From Elusimicrobiota bacterium (GTDB taxonomy: Bacteria > Elusimicrobiota > Elusimicrobia > UBA1565), in contig JBDREN010000071.1 in assembly GCA_043819795.1 (NCBI GenBank), positions 10,912 to 74,911 on the forward strand: 64,000 bases of DNA, written 5' to 3'. Every line of letters starts with the position of its first letter. Positions within the stretch are counted from its first letter, which is position 1. The notes below the pieces were generated by a model. The model ran no database searches, was not told the DNA's origin, and saw only the letters and a list, made by a program, of their open reading frames with translations. The translations under genes and the position numbers were made by a program. This document shows positions 30,951-39,774 of this stretch, piece by piece.

Positions 30951-32642
30951 CTAGAGATCCAACTCCGCGGCTTGCGTCACGCGCAGGACTTCCTCGACCG
31001 TGGTCACGCCCTGCACGGCCTTGGCCCATCCGCTCTGCCGCAGCGTGCGCATCCCCTTCTTGACGGATTCCTCCTTAAGGAGGTTCGCTGGGGAGCGCTT
31101 CATCACGAGCTCCCGCAACGCCGCGTCCAGGGCCATCATCTCGTAGATGGACGTCCGGCCGCGGTAGCCGGTCCCGTTGCATTTCTCGCAGCCCGCGCCG
31201 CGGTAGAGCTTTGCCTTCGGCTTGCGCATGCCGAGGCCCCGGAGCTCCTGGGCCGATGGCTTGGCCGCCGTCTTGCAGTCCGGGCAGATGAGCCGGACCA
31301 GCCGCTGGGCGATGACCGCGTGGATGCACGAGGCGACCAGGTAGGGCTCGACGCCGATGTCCAAAAGGCGCGTGACCGCTCCCGGCGCGTCGTTGGTGTG
31401 CAGCGTGGAGAATACGAGGTGGCCGGTCAGGGCCACCCGGATGGCGACCTCGGCCGTCTCGAAGTCGCGGATCTCGCCGACCATCATCACGTCCGGGTCG
31501 TGCCGCAGCATGGAGCGCAGGCCCCGGGCGAAGGTCAGTCCGACCTTGGGCTGCACCTGGATCTGGGTGATGCCCCGCATCTCGTATTCGATGGGGTCCT
31601 CGATGGTCAGGATCTTCCGTTCGGTCTTGTTGATCTCCCTCAGGAAGGCGTAGAGGGTCGTGCTCTTGCCGCTGCCCGTGGGGCCGGTGAGCAGGATCAT
31701 CCCGTGCGGTCGCCGGATGAGAGGGCGCAGGATCTCCAGGTCGCGCTCCTCGAAGCCGATGCCGTCGATCTTGACGAGCTGCAGGCCGCTCAAGAGGCGC
31801 AGGGTCACGCTCTCCCCGTATGGCGTGGGTACGGTGGCGAGCCGGATGTCCAGGTCCCGCCCTTCCATGCGCACGCGGAACCTGCCGTCCTGGGGCAGCA
31901 TCTTCTCCGCGATGTCCAGGCTCGCCATGATCTTGATCCTGGACACGATGGCTTCCCGGAATCGCAGGATCGAGGATGGGATCCGGGTCTCATAGAGGAC
32001 GCCGTCGACGCGGTGCCGGACCTGGAGCTGGTCCTTGAAGGGCTCCAAGTGGACGTCGGTGGCGCGGCGGAGGTAGGCGTCCCGGATGAGCTGGTTGACG
32101 AACTTCACGACCGAGGGCTCCTCGGTCTCGGGAGCGGCCTCCGACGCCTTCTCCTCGACGGCGACGGCGGACGGCTGTCCGGTCAGCTTCTCCAGGATCT
32201 CGGCGCCGACCCCGTAGTGCGTCTGGATGGCCTCCGCGACCTCCTTCCCGGTGGCCAGCACGGGGCGCAGCTCGTGCTTGAGCGCCAGCTGGATCTCGTC
32301 GAGCTTCAGAACGTCCTCCGGGTCCGAGAGGGCCACCGTGAGCACCGAGTCCTCCAGCTTGACGGGCATGAGGCGGTAGTGGTTGGCGTAGCGGGCCGGG
32401 ACGGCCCGCAAGGCCTCCGGGTCGATCGCGGAGCCCTTCAGCCGCAGGAAGGGGATGCCCATCAGCTCCGACACGAGCTCGCGCAGGGTCCCTTCGGCCA
32501 CCAGGCCTATGTCTACGAGTACCGCCTCGAAAGGCGTCTCGGAGTCCGTGCGCTCTTTCCAGGCGCGCGCCAGCTCGTCTTGAGTGAGGAGGCCCCGCTC
32601 CAGGAGGGCCTGATGGATGGTCTGCTCGTCGGGGATCTTCAC
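30951..32642 (-). CDS. gspE: T2SS assembly ATPase GspE
   Basis: GPTGSGKST, TIEDPIE, LRHDPDVMMVGEIRD, STLHTN, CxxC..CxxC zinc motif; degenerate MshEN-like N-terminus. Confidence 0.95.
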   Translation of the reverse strand: MKIPDEQTIHQALLERGLLTQDELARAWKERTDSETPFEAVLVDIGLVAEGTLRELVSELMGIPFLRLKGSAIDPEALRAVPARYANHYRLMPVKLEDSVLTVALSDPEDVLKLDEIQLALKHELRPVLATGKEVAEAIQTHYGVGAEILEKLTGQPSAVAVEEKASEAAPETEEPSVVKFVNQLIRDAYLRRATDVHLEPFKDQLQVRHRVDGVLYETRIPSSILRFREAIVSRIKIMASLDIAEKMLPQDGRFRVRMEGRDLDIRLATVPTPYGESVTLRLLSGLQLVKIDGIGFEERDLEILRPLIRRPHGMILLTGPTGSGKSTTLYAFLREINKTERKILTIEDPIEYEMRGITQIQVQPKVGLTFARGLRSMLRHDPDVMMVGEIRDFETAEVAIRVALTGHLVFSTLHTNDAPGAVTRLLDIGVEPYLVASCIHAVIAQRLVRLICPDCKTAAKPSAQELRGLGMRKPKAKLYRGAGCEKCNGTGYRGRTSIYEMMALDAALRELVMKRSPANLLKEESVKKGMRTLRQSGWAKAVQGVTTVEEVLRVTQAAELDL

Positions 32643-34417
32643 CGGACCCGGGCCTCCTTGATCTTCGCGGCACCCGTGACGATGCGGGGGGTGAGGAAGA
32701 TCACCAGCTCCGACTTGCGGATCTGCTCGCTCACGCTCTTGAAGAAGAACCCCAAAAGAGGGATCCGGCTCAGGATCGGGACGCGGTTGACGTTCTTTTC
32801 CTTGCGGTCCTCGATCAGCCCGCCGATTACGAGGGTCGTGCCGTCCTGGATCATGACGCTGGTCTCGGCCTGGGATGTCCGCACGATGGGGATCGAGTTG
32901 CCCTGCGAGGTGGTGATGGTGTTGTTGACCGAGCTCACCTCGGGCTTCACCTTCATGGTGATGAAGCCGTCCTCGCCGATGATCGGGGTGACGAAGAGCT
33001 GGATCCCCACGTCCACGAAGGTCACCTGCTCCGAGGTGGTCGTGACTCCCGAGCCCCCGGGGTTGACCACCGTGGTCGTGACGAAGGCCTCCTTGGTGCC
33101 GACCAGGATCTTGGCCTCCTGGCCGTTGAGCGCCATGATGCGCGGCGAGGAGAGGAGGTTGGTCTCCCCCACGGTCTTGAGCATGCTCAAGGTGGCGGTA
33201 AACTCGTTGGGGGGGATGCTGCCGATGACGGCCTTGGTCCCTTTGGTCTCGGCGTCGGTGGAGCCCTGGCCGCCCGTGGGGATGACCTGGAGCGTGCTGA
33301 GAACCGAGGCCGTGATGTTGCGCTTATTGACCTCGTCGAAGACGTAGTTCCAGTTGACGCCGAACTGGTAGGCGTCCCCCAGCGAGACCTGCACGATCTT
33401 GGCCTCGATGAGGACCTCCTTATGGGGGACGTCGAAGGCCTCCACGATGCGGGCGATGTCCTCGATCCGCCTGGGGCTGTCCTTGACCAGTATCCGGTTC
33501 GTGCGCGCGTCCGCCTGGATGCTGCCCTGCGTGGGGCTCACCAGGGGCTTGATCTGCGCCACCACGTCCTCCACCTTGGCGTAGTTCAGGACGAATACCT
33601 TGGTCTCGGAGGGCGTGTCGATGGCCTCGAGCGCCTTCTTCATGGCGGCGATCCCCTCGGGGGTGTCCACCAGGATCAGGGTGTCCGACCAGTCGGAGAG
33701 GAGGATCTCCCCCTGCTTGGACTTGATGCTGTCCAGAAGAATGCTCACCGGCTCCGTGTCCGCGTGCTCGAGGCGGACGACCTCGATGCGCCTGGAGGCT
33801 CCCACCCGGCGGCCGTAGAGCTTCTCGTATTCGGGCGCGGAGATCACCTCGATGACGTCCCCTTTGCGGACGTAGGCCAGGTCGTTGCTCTCCAGGACGG
33901 CGTCGAATGCGTCCCACAGGTCCACGCCCTTGAGGTACAGCGTGGCCTTGCCTCGCACCTTGGCCCCGGCCACGATGTTCATGCCTGTCTGCTGGGAGAA
34001 GATCTTGAATACCTCGTGGACGTCGAGGCCCCGCAGGTCCATCCGGAGGAGCTGGCCCTCGTCCGGTTTCCCTTCCTGCTTCTTTTCTTCGTCTTCGAGG
34101 ATGATGGCCGTGTCGCCTCCCCGCGAGCCGCCCCGGCTCGTGGGCCGCCGTGTCGGCGTCGACCTCTGCCTGAGGACATCCTGGATCTGCCGCCGCCTGT
34201 CGGTCCCGGCGGGCGTCGGGGGGTGGGTGGGGGCGCGCCTCTGCTGGAGCCTCTCCATGCGCTGCCTCATCTGTTCTGCCGGGTCCGCGCCCGGATCGCC
34301 CATCGGCCCGGGATACCCGGGAGGAAGATCGTCGGGCTCCATCTGGGCGGCCAGAGGCCCCGCCAAGCCGGCCGTCATCACGAGGCTCAGCACGATCGCC
34401 GCGGCGTTTCTATTCAT
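32639..34417 (-). CDS. gspD: T2SS secretin GspD
   Basis: Signal peptide; N domains; VLIEAKIV, LSSPRI, IGGLI, VPILSRIPLLGFFF, ELVIFLTPRIV. Confidence 0.93.
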   Translation of the reverse strand: MNRNAAAIVLSLVMTAGLAGPLAAQMEPDDLPPGYPGPMGDPGADPAEQMRQRMERLQQRRAPTHPPTPAGTDRRRQIQDVLRQRSTPTRRPTSRGGSRGGDTAIILEDEEKKQEGKPDEGQLLRMDLRGLDVHEVFKIFSQQTGMNIVAGAKVRGKATLYLKGVDLWDAFDAVLESNDLAYVRKGDVIEVISAPEYEKLYGRRVGASRRIEVVRLEHADTEPVSILLDSIKSKQGEILLSDWSDTLILVDTPEGIAAMKKALEAIDTPSETKVFVLNYAKVEDVVAQIKPLVSPTQGSIQADARTNRILVKDSPRRIEDIARIVEAFDVPHKEVLIEAKIVQVSLGDAYQFGVNWNYVFDEVNKRNITASVLSTLQVIPTGGQGSTDAETKGTKAVIGSIPPNEFTATLSMLKTVGETNLLSSPRIMALNGQEAKILVGTKEAFVTTTVVNPGGSGVTTTSEQVTFVDVGIQLFVTPIIGEDGFITMKVKPEVSSVNNTITTSQGNSIPIVRTSQAETSVMIQDGTTLVIGGLIEDRKEKNVNRVPILSRIPLLGFFFKSVSEQIRKSELVIFLTPRIVTGAAKIKEARVR

Positions 34418-34429
34418 GGCTCCTCCGGA

Positions 34430-35047
34430 TCATAGAGAGAGCGTCACCTTGTCTCCGTCCTGCGTCAGCACGACCCTTCCCCCGCCGACTTCCTCCACCT
34501 GCAGGCCCCGGATCGAGTCCCCCTTCCGTAGGTATTGGGTGACGCCGGCCTTCCTGTCCAGCACGACGGCCTGCATCCCGTCGCCCTCTCCCATAAAACC
34601 CATCAGGTTCAGGCCCTTGGCCCTCTGCGCGGCGGTGGGACCGGCCGGCTTATTTTCGATGATGACCGGACGGCGGGCGCCGAAGAGGTCTCGCGAGCGC
34701 ACCGCCTTCACGTAGTAGGGATAACGGTGCCGGGCGGGATCGGACGCTTCCACGACGGGAGAGTCACTGGACGGAGCCGGCGCGTCGTGGTGCACCACGT
34801 CCTCGTTCCAAACGAAGAGGAAATAGCCGGCCGAGACCATCAGCGCCACGGCGATGAGCGCGTTCGCGGCCTTGAGCGGTTCGATGCGGTCTATCGCTCC
34901 CGCGACGGCCGCCTGCGCGGAGAAGAACGCGCCCGACAGGCGTCCGGCTCCCGATCGTAGCGTCTCCAGCCGTCCCGGCCGGCTTTTCGCGGGCGAGGGC
35001 CTGCGGATGAGGTCCAGGAGCTTGGCCTCGGGATGCTTGTCGTTCAC
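34430..35047 (-). CDS. GspC/PilP-like single-TM protein
   Basis: One TM helix, RDLFG, C-terminal LMGFM..AVV..YLRKGDSI..VVL HR-domain pattern. Confidence 0.65.
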   Translation of the reverse strand: MNDKHPEAKLLDLIRRPSPAKSRPGRLETLRSGAGRLSGAFFSAQAAVAGAIDRIEPLKAANALIAVALMVSAGYFLFVWNEDVVHHDAPAPSSDSPVVEASDPARHRYPYYVKAVRSRDLFGARRPVIIENKPAGPTAAQRAKGLNLMGFMGEGDGMQAVVLDRKAGVTQYLRKGDSIRGLQVEEVGGGRVVLTQDGDKVTLSL

Positions 35048-35862
35048 GCGAAGGCCGCCTCCTCCTTGAGTATCTGGCGGATGAATTCCGCGTCGGCCAC
35101 CTTGCGGTCCCTCACGACCAGGTTCCTTAGGCAGTTGTGGGCCAGGTACGTCACCTTCCTCGGGTAGCCCTGGCTCGCGTGGTGGATGCCCTCCACGGCG
35201 CCGTCGGTGAACAGAGGGGGACCCTTGTGTTCCGCCACCTTGAGGCGGTATCGGATCATCTCGCCCGTCTCAGCCAGGTCCAGCGGGTTGATCAGGTACT
35301 TCATGCTCACCCGGTCCATGAAGTTGCGTATGCGCTTGAGCCGCGTGAGAATCTCGAGCTGGGCGACGATCACCAGCTGAAGGAGCTTGTACTCGTTGGT
35401 CTCGTAGTTGAGGAGGGTGCGGAGCAGCTCGATCAAGGAGGGGGTCAGGTTCTGGCCCTCGTCCACGAGGAGCACGACGGTCTTCCCCTCCTCGACCCCC
35501 TTCCGGAAGAGGTACTTCTCGATGACCTCCAGGCAGTCCTGGAGCGAGCGATGCGGGGGGGTCACGCGGAAGAGGCGGCAGAGGTAGTTGAGGAACTGAA
35601 ACTCGGACTCGAAGCGGGGGTTGAGCACGAGGAAGACCTCGAACTTCTTCTCCTGGGAGAAGTTCTGGACCAAGGTCCGGCTCAGCGTGGTCTTGCCGGT
35701 CCCCACGTCCCCCAGCACCAGGCTCAGTCCGCGCCTGAGCCGGATGGATATCTCCAGCCGGCGCAGGGCCGACTCGTGCGCGTTGGAGCGGTAGAAGAAG
35801 GCCGGGTCGGGGCTCGTGGAAAAAGGCTCCCTCTTGAGGCCCAGCCGCTCGTAATAGCTCAC
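35044..35862 (-). CDS. exeA: ExeA/GspA-family AAA ATPase (no peptidoglycan-binding domain)
   Basis: GTG start; YYERLGLKREPFSTSPDP, GDVGTGKTT, VDEGQNL, GYPRKV. Confidence 0.9.
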   Translation of the reverse strand: MSYYERLGLKREPFSTSPDPAFFYRSNAHESALRRLEISIRLRRGLSLVLGDVGTGKTTLSRTLVQNFSQEKKFEVFLVLNPRFESEFQFLNYLCRLFRVTPPHRSLQDCLEVIEKYLFRKGVEEGKTVVLLVDEGQNLTPSLIELLRTLLNYETNEYKLLQLVIVAQLEILTRLKRIRNFMDRVSMKYLINPLDLAETGEMIRYRLKVAEHKGPPLFTDGAVEGIHHASQGYPRKVTYLAHNCLRNLVVRDRKVADAEFIRQILKEEAAFA

Positions 35863-36092
35863 GGCTTCAGCCTCTTCTGGATGGACTTGATCGAATGGCC
35901 CTGGCTGCGGAGCTCGCGGATCTCGTTGAGCCGCCTGAGGGCCTTGTCGTCGAAGAACCGGTAGTTCGTCTCCGGGCTTCTTCCGAATTCCTTGAGCAGC
36001 CCCAGATTGAGATAATAGTTGACCGTGTGGATGGAGTGGCCGCTCAACCGGGCCACGTCTTTGATGAGGTAGATGTTTTTGCTCTTTGTCAT
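35859..36092 (-). CDS. Small MerR-type HTH-only regulator
   Basis: YLIKDVARLSG.SIHTVNYY..LGLL...NYRFFD; 77 aa; GTGA overlap with exeA. Confidence 0.88.
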   Translation of the reverse strand: MTKSKNIYLIKDVARLSGHSIHTVNYYLNLGLLKEFGRSPETNYRFFDDKALRRLNEIRELRSQGHSIKSIQKRLKP

Positions 36093-36162
36093 CTACTCTA
36101 TACCCATAGAGTGAATGGTGAAAAAACAAAAAAAGCCGGCGCAAAGCGGCTCTATTTCAATA

Positions 36163-36191
36163 AGTTTAACCCCTCGGAGCTCTCCTGTCAA
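36163..36191 (-). promoter_or_regulatory. Sigma70-type promoter TTGACA-N17-TAAACT for the merR-exeA-gsp operon
   Basis: Consensus -35 and 17-bp spacer; tandem 11-bp repeat immediately upstream. Confidence 0.65.
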
Positions 36192-36320
36192 GGCCCAAAT
36201 CAGGCCCAAATCAGGAGGGGCGGAATCTCCTCGACGGGCTCTCCTCCGCGAGCCGGGGTCGGGCAAACCGCCCCGAGCGACGGATCTCCGCCGCCGGGGC
36301 CGAGGAGCGCTGCAGCCCGC

Positions 36321-36419
36321 TCAGAGTCCCGCGATCGAGTTCGTGGCGAAGGCCTTAAGGAGCTCCGCCTGTTCCTCGGTCAGCTTCTTGCCGCGTTGGG
36401 CGTTGACTTGATCGGAGAA
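36321..36419 (-). pseudogene. Orphan remnant of a FIMAH-like C-terminal helical domain
   Basis: FSDQVNAQRGKKLTEEQAELLKAFATNSIAGL* aligns by eye with FANEVRAQSGKKLTPEQADELTEAARKVI at the end of 15752-17617; no start codon found. Confidence 0.6.
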
Positions 36420-36432
36420 GCGGACGGAAGGG

Positions 36433-37383
36433 CTACAGGAAACGCCGCAGCAGGGAGTGGGGCCTGCGGTAGTCGAAGCGGTGGAGTCCCGCTTCGCGCG
36501 CGAGTTCTACGGCCCGGCGGTGCTCCTCCTGGGTCAGGCATCGCTGGATCTCGGCGAAGCGGTCGTCGTATTGCGCCGCGCCGGCCGGGTGGTACTGGTC
36601 CATGATGTTGACGTAGGTGTCGCAGGAGAGCTCCTCGGCGAGCCACTTAAAGATCTTCCCGGAGTCCTCCAAGCATCCCGGCATAACGAGGTGCCTGAGC
36701 AGGATCCCGCGCTGCGCGAGGTCCGTCTCCGCGTCGATCTTGAGGGGGCCGACTTGGCGGTGCATCTCCATGAGCGCCTCGCGCGCCCTGTCGGCGTAGT
36801 CTTCGGCTTTAAGGTACTTCCTGCACAGCTCCGGGTCCCAGAACTTGAAGTCCGGCATGTAGATGTCCGCCACGTCGTCCATGAGGCGCAGGCTCTCCAC
36901 CGAGTCGTAGGCGCTGGTGTTGTAGACGAGCGGCAGCCGCAGGCCCTTCTCGGCGGCTATCAGGACGGCCTCCAGCACCTGCGGCACGACGTGCTCCGGG
37001 GTCACGAAGTTGATGTTGTGGCAGCCCCGCTTCTGGAGTTCCAGGGCCATCCCCGCGATGGCTTCGGCTTCGACCCCCTCGCCCCGGCCCGCCTGCGAGA
37101 TGTCCCAGTTCTGGCAGAACTGGCAGCGCAGGTTGCAGGCGGAGAAGAAGATCGTGCCGGAGCCGTTCCAGCCTCTGAGGACGTCCTCTTCTCCCAGGTG
37201 GGGGAAGCACGAGTCGACCCGCGCCTTGCGCCCCGTCTTGCAGGCGCCGATGTCGTCGCCCAGGCGGTCCACCTTGCAGTCGCGCGGGCAGGCTCTGCAT
37301 GAGCGCAGGCCCTCGACGGCCTGCTCGACCTTTTCTCGGAGGCGGCCGGAGCGATAGGTATCCACGTACGCGGGGTAGGACAT
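36433..37383 (-). CDS. Radical SAM protein, PflX-like
   Basis: Start MSYPAY; CRACPRDC, HLGEE..GSGTIFF, CNLRCQFCQN, LLRHLVMPG, NIMDQY. Confidence 0.9.
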   Translation of the reverse strand: MSYPAYVDTYRSGRLREKVEQAVEGLRSCRACPRDCKVDRLGDDIGACKTGRKARVDSCFPHLGEEDVLRGWNGSGTIFFSACNLRCQFCQNWDISQAGRGEGVEAEAIAGMALELQKRGCHNINFVTPEHVVPQVLEAVLIAAEKGLRLPLVYNTSAYDSVESLRLMDDVADIYMPDFKFWDPELCRKYLKAEDYADRAREALMEMHRQVGPLKIDAETDLAQRGILLRHLVMPGCLEDSGKIFKWLAEELSCDTYVNIMDQYHPAGAAQYDDRFAEIQRCLTQEEHRRAVELAREAGLHRFDYRRPHSLLRRFL

Positions 37384-37422
37384 GTTCTTCCTAATTGTAG
37401 GCCGGCGCGTCGGGATTTGCCA

Positions 37423-37570
37423 GTCCTGTCGGCGGCCCCCCCACGGGGGGCTGCCCAAGTGGGGGGCCGATCGTCCTGTCGGCGGCCCCCCCCACGGGGG
37501 GCTGCCCAAGTAGGGGGGCGATTGTCCTGTCGGCGGCCCCCCCGCGGGGGGGCCGCCAATGTGGGGGGGC
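37423..37570. repeat. Three tandem ~50-bp REP-like palindromic units
   Basis: gtcctgtcggcggccccccc(a/g)cgggggg... repeated at 37423, 37473 and 37524. Confidence 0.85.
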
Positions 37571-37578
37571 TGTCTGCC

Positions 37579-38686
37579 TCACGGAATACGGCGCATGTCC
37601 ACCGGCATGCGCCGGGCGCCCCAGTCCCCGGGCCGCGCTTCGAAGACTCCCGGCAGGCGTTCGCCGCAAGACGCGCAGCGGCCCTCGGCCGTCAGGCTCC
37701 ACTCCGATAGCTCGTACCAGTCCCTGCCGATCAAAAGCCTGCCGCAGGCGCGGCAGTAGGTGCTCTGGCCGGAGGCGTCGTGCACGTTCCCCGTGTACAC
37801 GTACCGGAGGCCGCGCGCGCGCGCGATCTCCCGCGCTCGGGTCAGCGTCCGGGGCGGCGTGGGGGGCTTGCCCAGCATGCGGAAGTCGGGATGGAAGGCG
37901 CTCAGGTGCAGCGGCACGTCCGGCCCCAGGTTGTCCATGAGCCAGCGCGCGAGCCTTTCGATATCCCGGTCCGAGTCGTTCTCGCCCGGGATGAGAAGAG
38001 TGGTTACCTCGAGCCAGACGTCCGTCTCCCTCCTCAAATAGACCAGGGTGTCGAGGACGGCCTCCAGACGGCCCTTGCAGAAGCGCTCGTAGAAGTCCTT
38101 GCTGAACGCTTTCAGGTCCACGTTGGCCGCGTCCATGTGGCCGAAGAGCTCGCGCCGCGGCTCCGGGAGGATGTAGCCCGCCGTGACGGCGACCGTCTTG
38201 AGGCCCCGCTTCCGGCAGGCTTGGGCCACGTCCACGGCGTATTCCATGAAGATGACCGGGTCGTTGTAGGTGAAGGCGACGCCGCGGCAGCCGAGCTCTT
38301 GCGCCACGCGGGCGATCTTCTCGGGGGGAGGCCTCGTCCGCCAAGGTGTCGGTCTCGCGCGACTTGCTGATGCCCCAGTTCTGGCAGAAGGCGCAGGCCA
38401 GGTTGCAGCCCGCCGTCCCGAACGAGAGGACCGCGGTGCCGGGCAGGAAATGGTCGAGGGGTTTCTTCTCGATCGGGTCGACGCAGAAGCCGCTGGAGCG
38501 GCCGTAGGTCGTCAGCTCCAGCCGGTCGCCGCGCCGGGCCCTGACGAAGCACAACCCCCGCTGCCCTTCCTTCAGCTTGCAGAGGCGCGGGCATACGTCG
38601 CACTGGATGCGCCCGTCGGCCAGCCGGCGCCAGTGCCTCGCTGGAGAGGAATCCCGCTCAAGACGCCCTTTCCCCATCTCCCCCAC
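37579..38686 (-). pseudogene. amrS: AmmeMemoRadiSam-system radical SAM enzyme with a single frameshift at the G6 run 38323-38328 (possibly a sequencing error)
   Basis: CDVCPRLC, DPIEKKPL.HF.PG, GCNLACAFCQNW, then AFTYNDP, HLSAFHPD, YTGNVHD in another frame; removing one base restores EASPEKIA. Confidence 0.88.
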
Positions 38687-38742
38687 TCCCGGATGCGGCC
38701 CCGGCCCCGGCGACGGTCGCGGGACGCTCCGGCATCCGCGCT

Positions 38743-39774
38743 CTAGAAAACGTAGCCGAGGCCGAACCGGTACGCCTCACCCAGGTCGCCCATCGGCTGG
38801 AACGCGAAGTCGAACGTGAACCTCTTGTGGATCATGCCCACCCCCAGCGTGAGACCGGTCAGGAATCCGAGCTCAGGCGCGGACAGCGACTTGTAGCCGA
38901 GGCGCAGCGCGGCGGTCGACTCGTCCGCCACCGGGAAGGAGTACTCGATGCCGAGCTTGGCGAAAGGCGGTCCGTACCAGGGGACGGCCAGCTCGAACGC
39001 CGGAAGCAGCCGGCGCCGCTCCCACACAAGGTCGTAGGCCGCCCCGAAATCGGCCTCGCCCGGCAGGTCCTCGCGCTGGGTGATGAACTTCGGCTTGGAC
39101 CCGACGTTGCGGAACGCGAAGCTGAAAGCCAGCTCGGGCAGGTCCATGTGCCGGAATAGGGCGCCTCCGTCGGCCGCGATCGCGCTGGCCGAGCGGTCGT
39201 GGATGGTCTCCTTGACGATCTTTAGCGCGGCGCCGAGCAGGAGGTTGCCGGTCCAAAGGTCCGGGCCGCGGTCGAGGGGACGCATGGTCCCGGGGTGCTG
39301 CCAGAGATCCTGGAAGAAGTGGCGGTCCCGGGCGATGTAGTCCTCCCCCACGCCGAAGCCGCGCGCGTACGCCAGCGTGTACGCCTCGCTGTGGGGGCGG
39401 AAGGTGCCGACGACCTGGTTGGCGTTCGTGACGAGGTCCAGCTTGTCCTGGTAGAAGAAAGTCGCCGAGAGGCCGACGGTCCCGCGCAGCAGGGGCACCG
39501 GATGCGCGTAGGCGATATGGTCGTGGTGGAAGTACCGGAGCATTTCGACGTGGGTGTAGGCGATCTCCGGCTCCCTCTGCTGCGCCAAGCCCGCCGGATT
39601 CCAGTAGATCGCGACCGGCCCTTCCGCGACGGGACCGAAGGCCTCGCCCATGGCGAGAGCGCGCGCTCCGGCGCCGATCCGCAGGAACTGCGCGGTGGAG
39701 CCGCCCGTGTTGCCGGTCCAGGCTCCGGCCGGGGCGGCCAGGGCGGCGATCATGGCGAGCGCCGGGAGCCTCAT
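38743..39774 (-). CDS. PorV/PorQ-family outer-membrane beta-barrel (paralog of 19350-20414)
   Basis: Signal peptide; FLRIGAGARALAMGEAF...YWNPAGLA; ends GLGYVF; ATGA overlap with upstream gene. Confidence 0.85.
   Translation of the reverse strand: MRLPALAMIAALAAPAGAWTGNTGGSTAQFLRIGAGARALAMGEAFGPVAEGPVAIYWNPAGLAQQREPEIAYTHVEMLRYFHHDHIAYAHPVPLLRGTVGLSATFFYQDKLDLVTNANQVVGTFRPHSEAYTLAYARGFGVGEDYIARDRHFFQDLWQHPGTMRPLDRGPDLWTGNLLLGAALKIVKETIHDRSASAIAADGGALFRHMDLPELAFSFAFRNVGSKPKFITQREDLPGEADFGAAYDLVWERRRLLPAFELAVPWYGPPFAKLGIEYSFPVADESTAALRLGYKSLSAPELGFLTGLTLGVGMIHKRFTFDFAFQPMGDLGEAYRFGLGYVF

Noticed and set aside
24942..35047. Type IV pilus rather than T2SS
   Set aside because: Canonical GspG and GspK signatures are present and no PilT retraction ATPase is in the cluster.
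37423..37570. Possible mini CRISPR array
   Set aside because: Units are near-identical along their whole length with no unique spacers, there are no cas genes, and solo copies occur elsewhere; REP-like instead.
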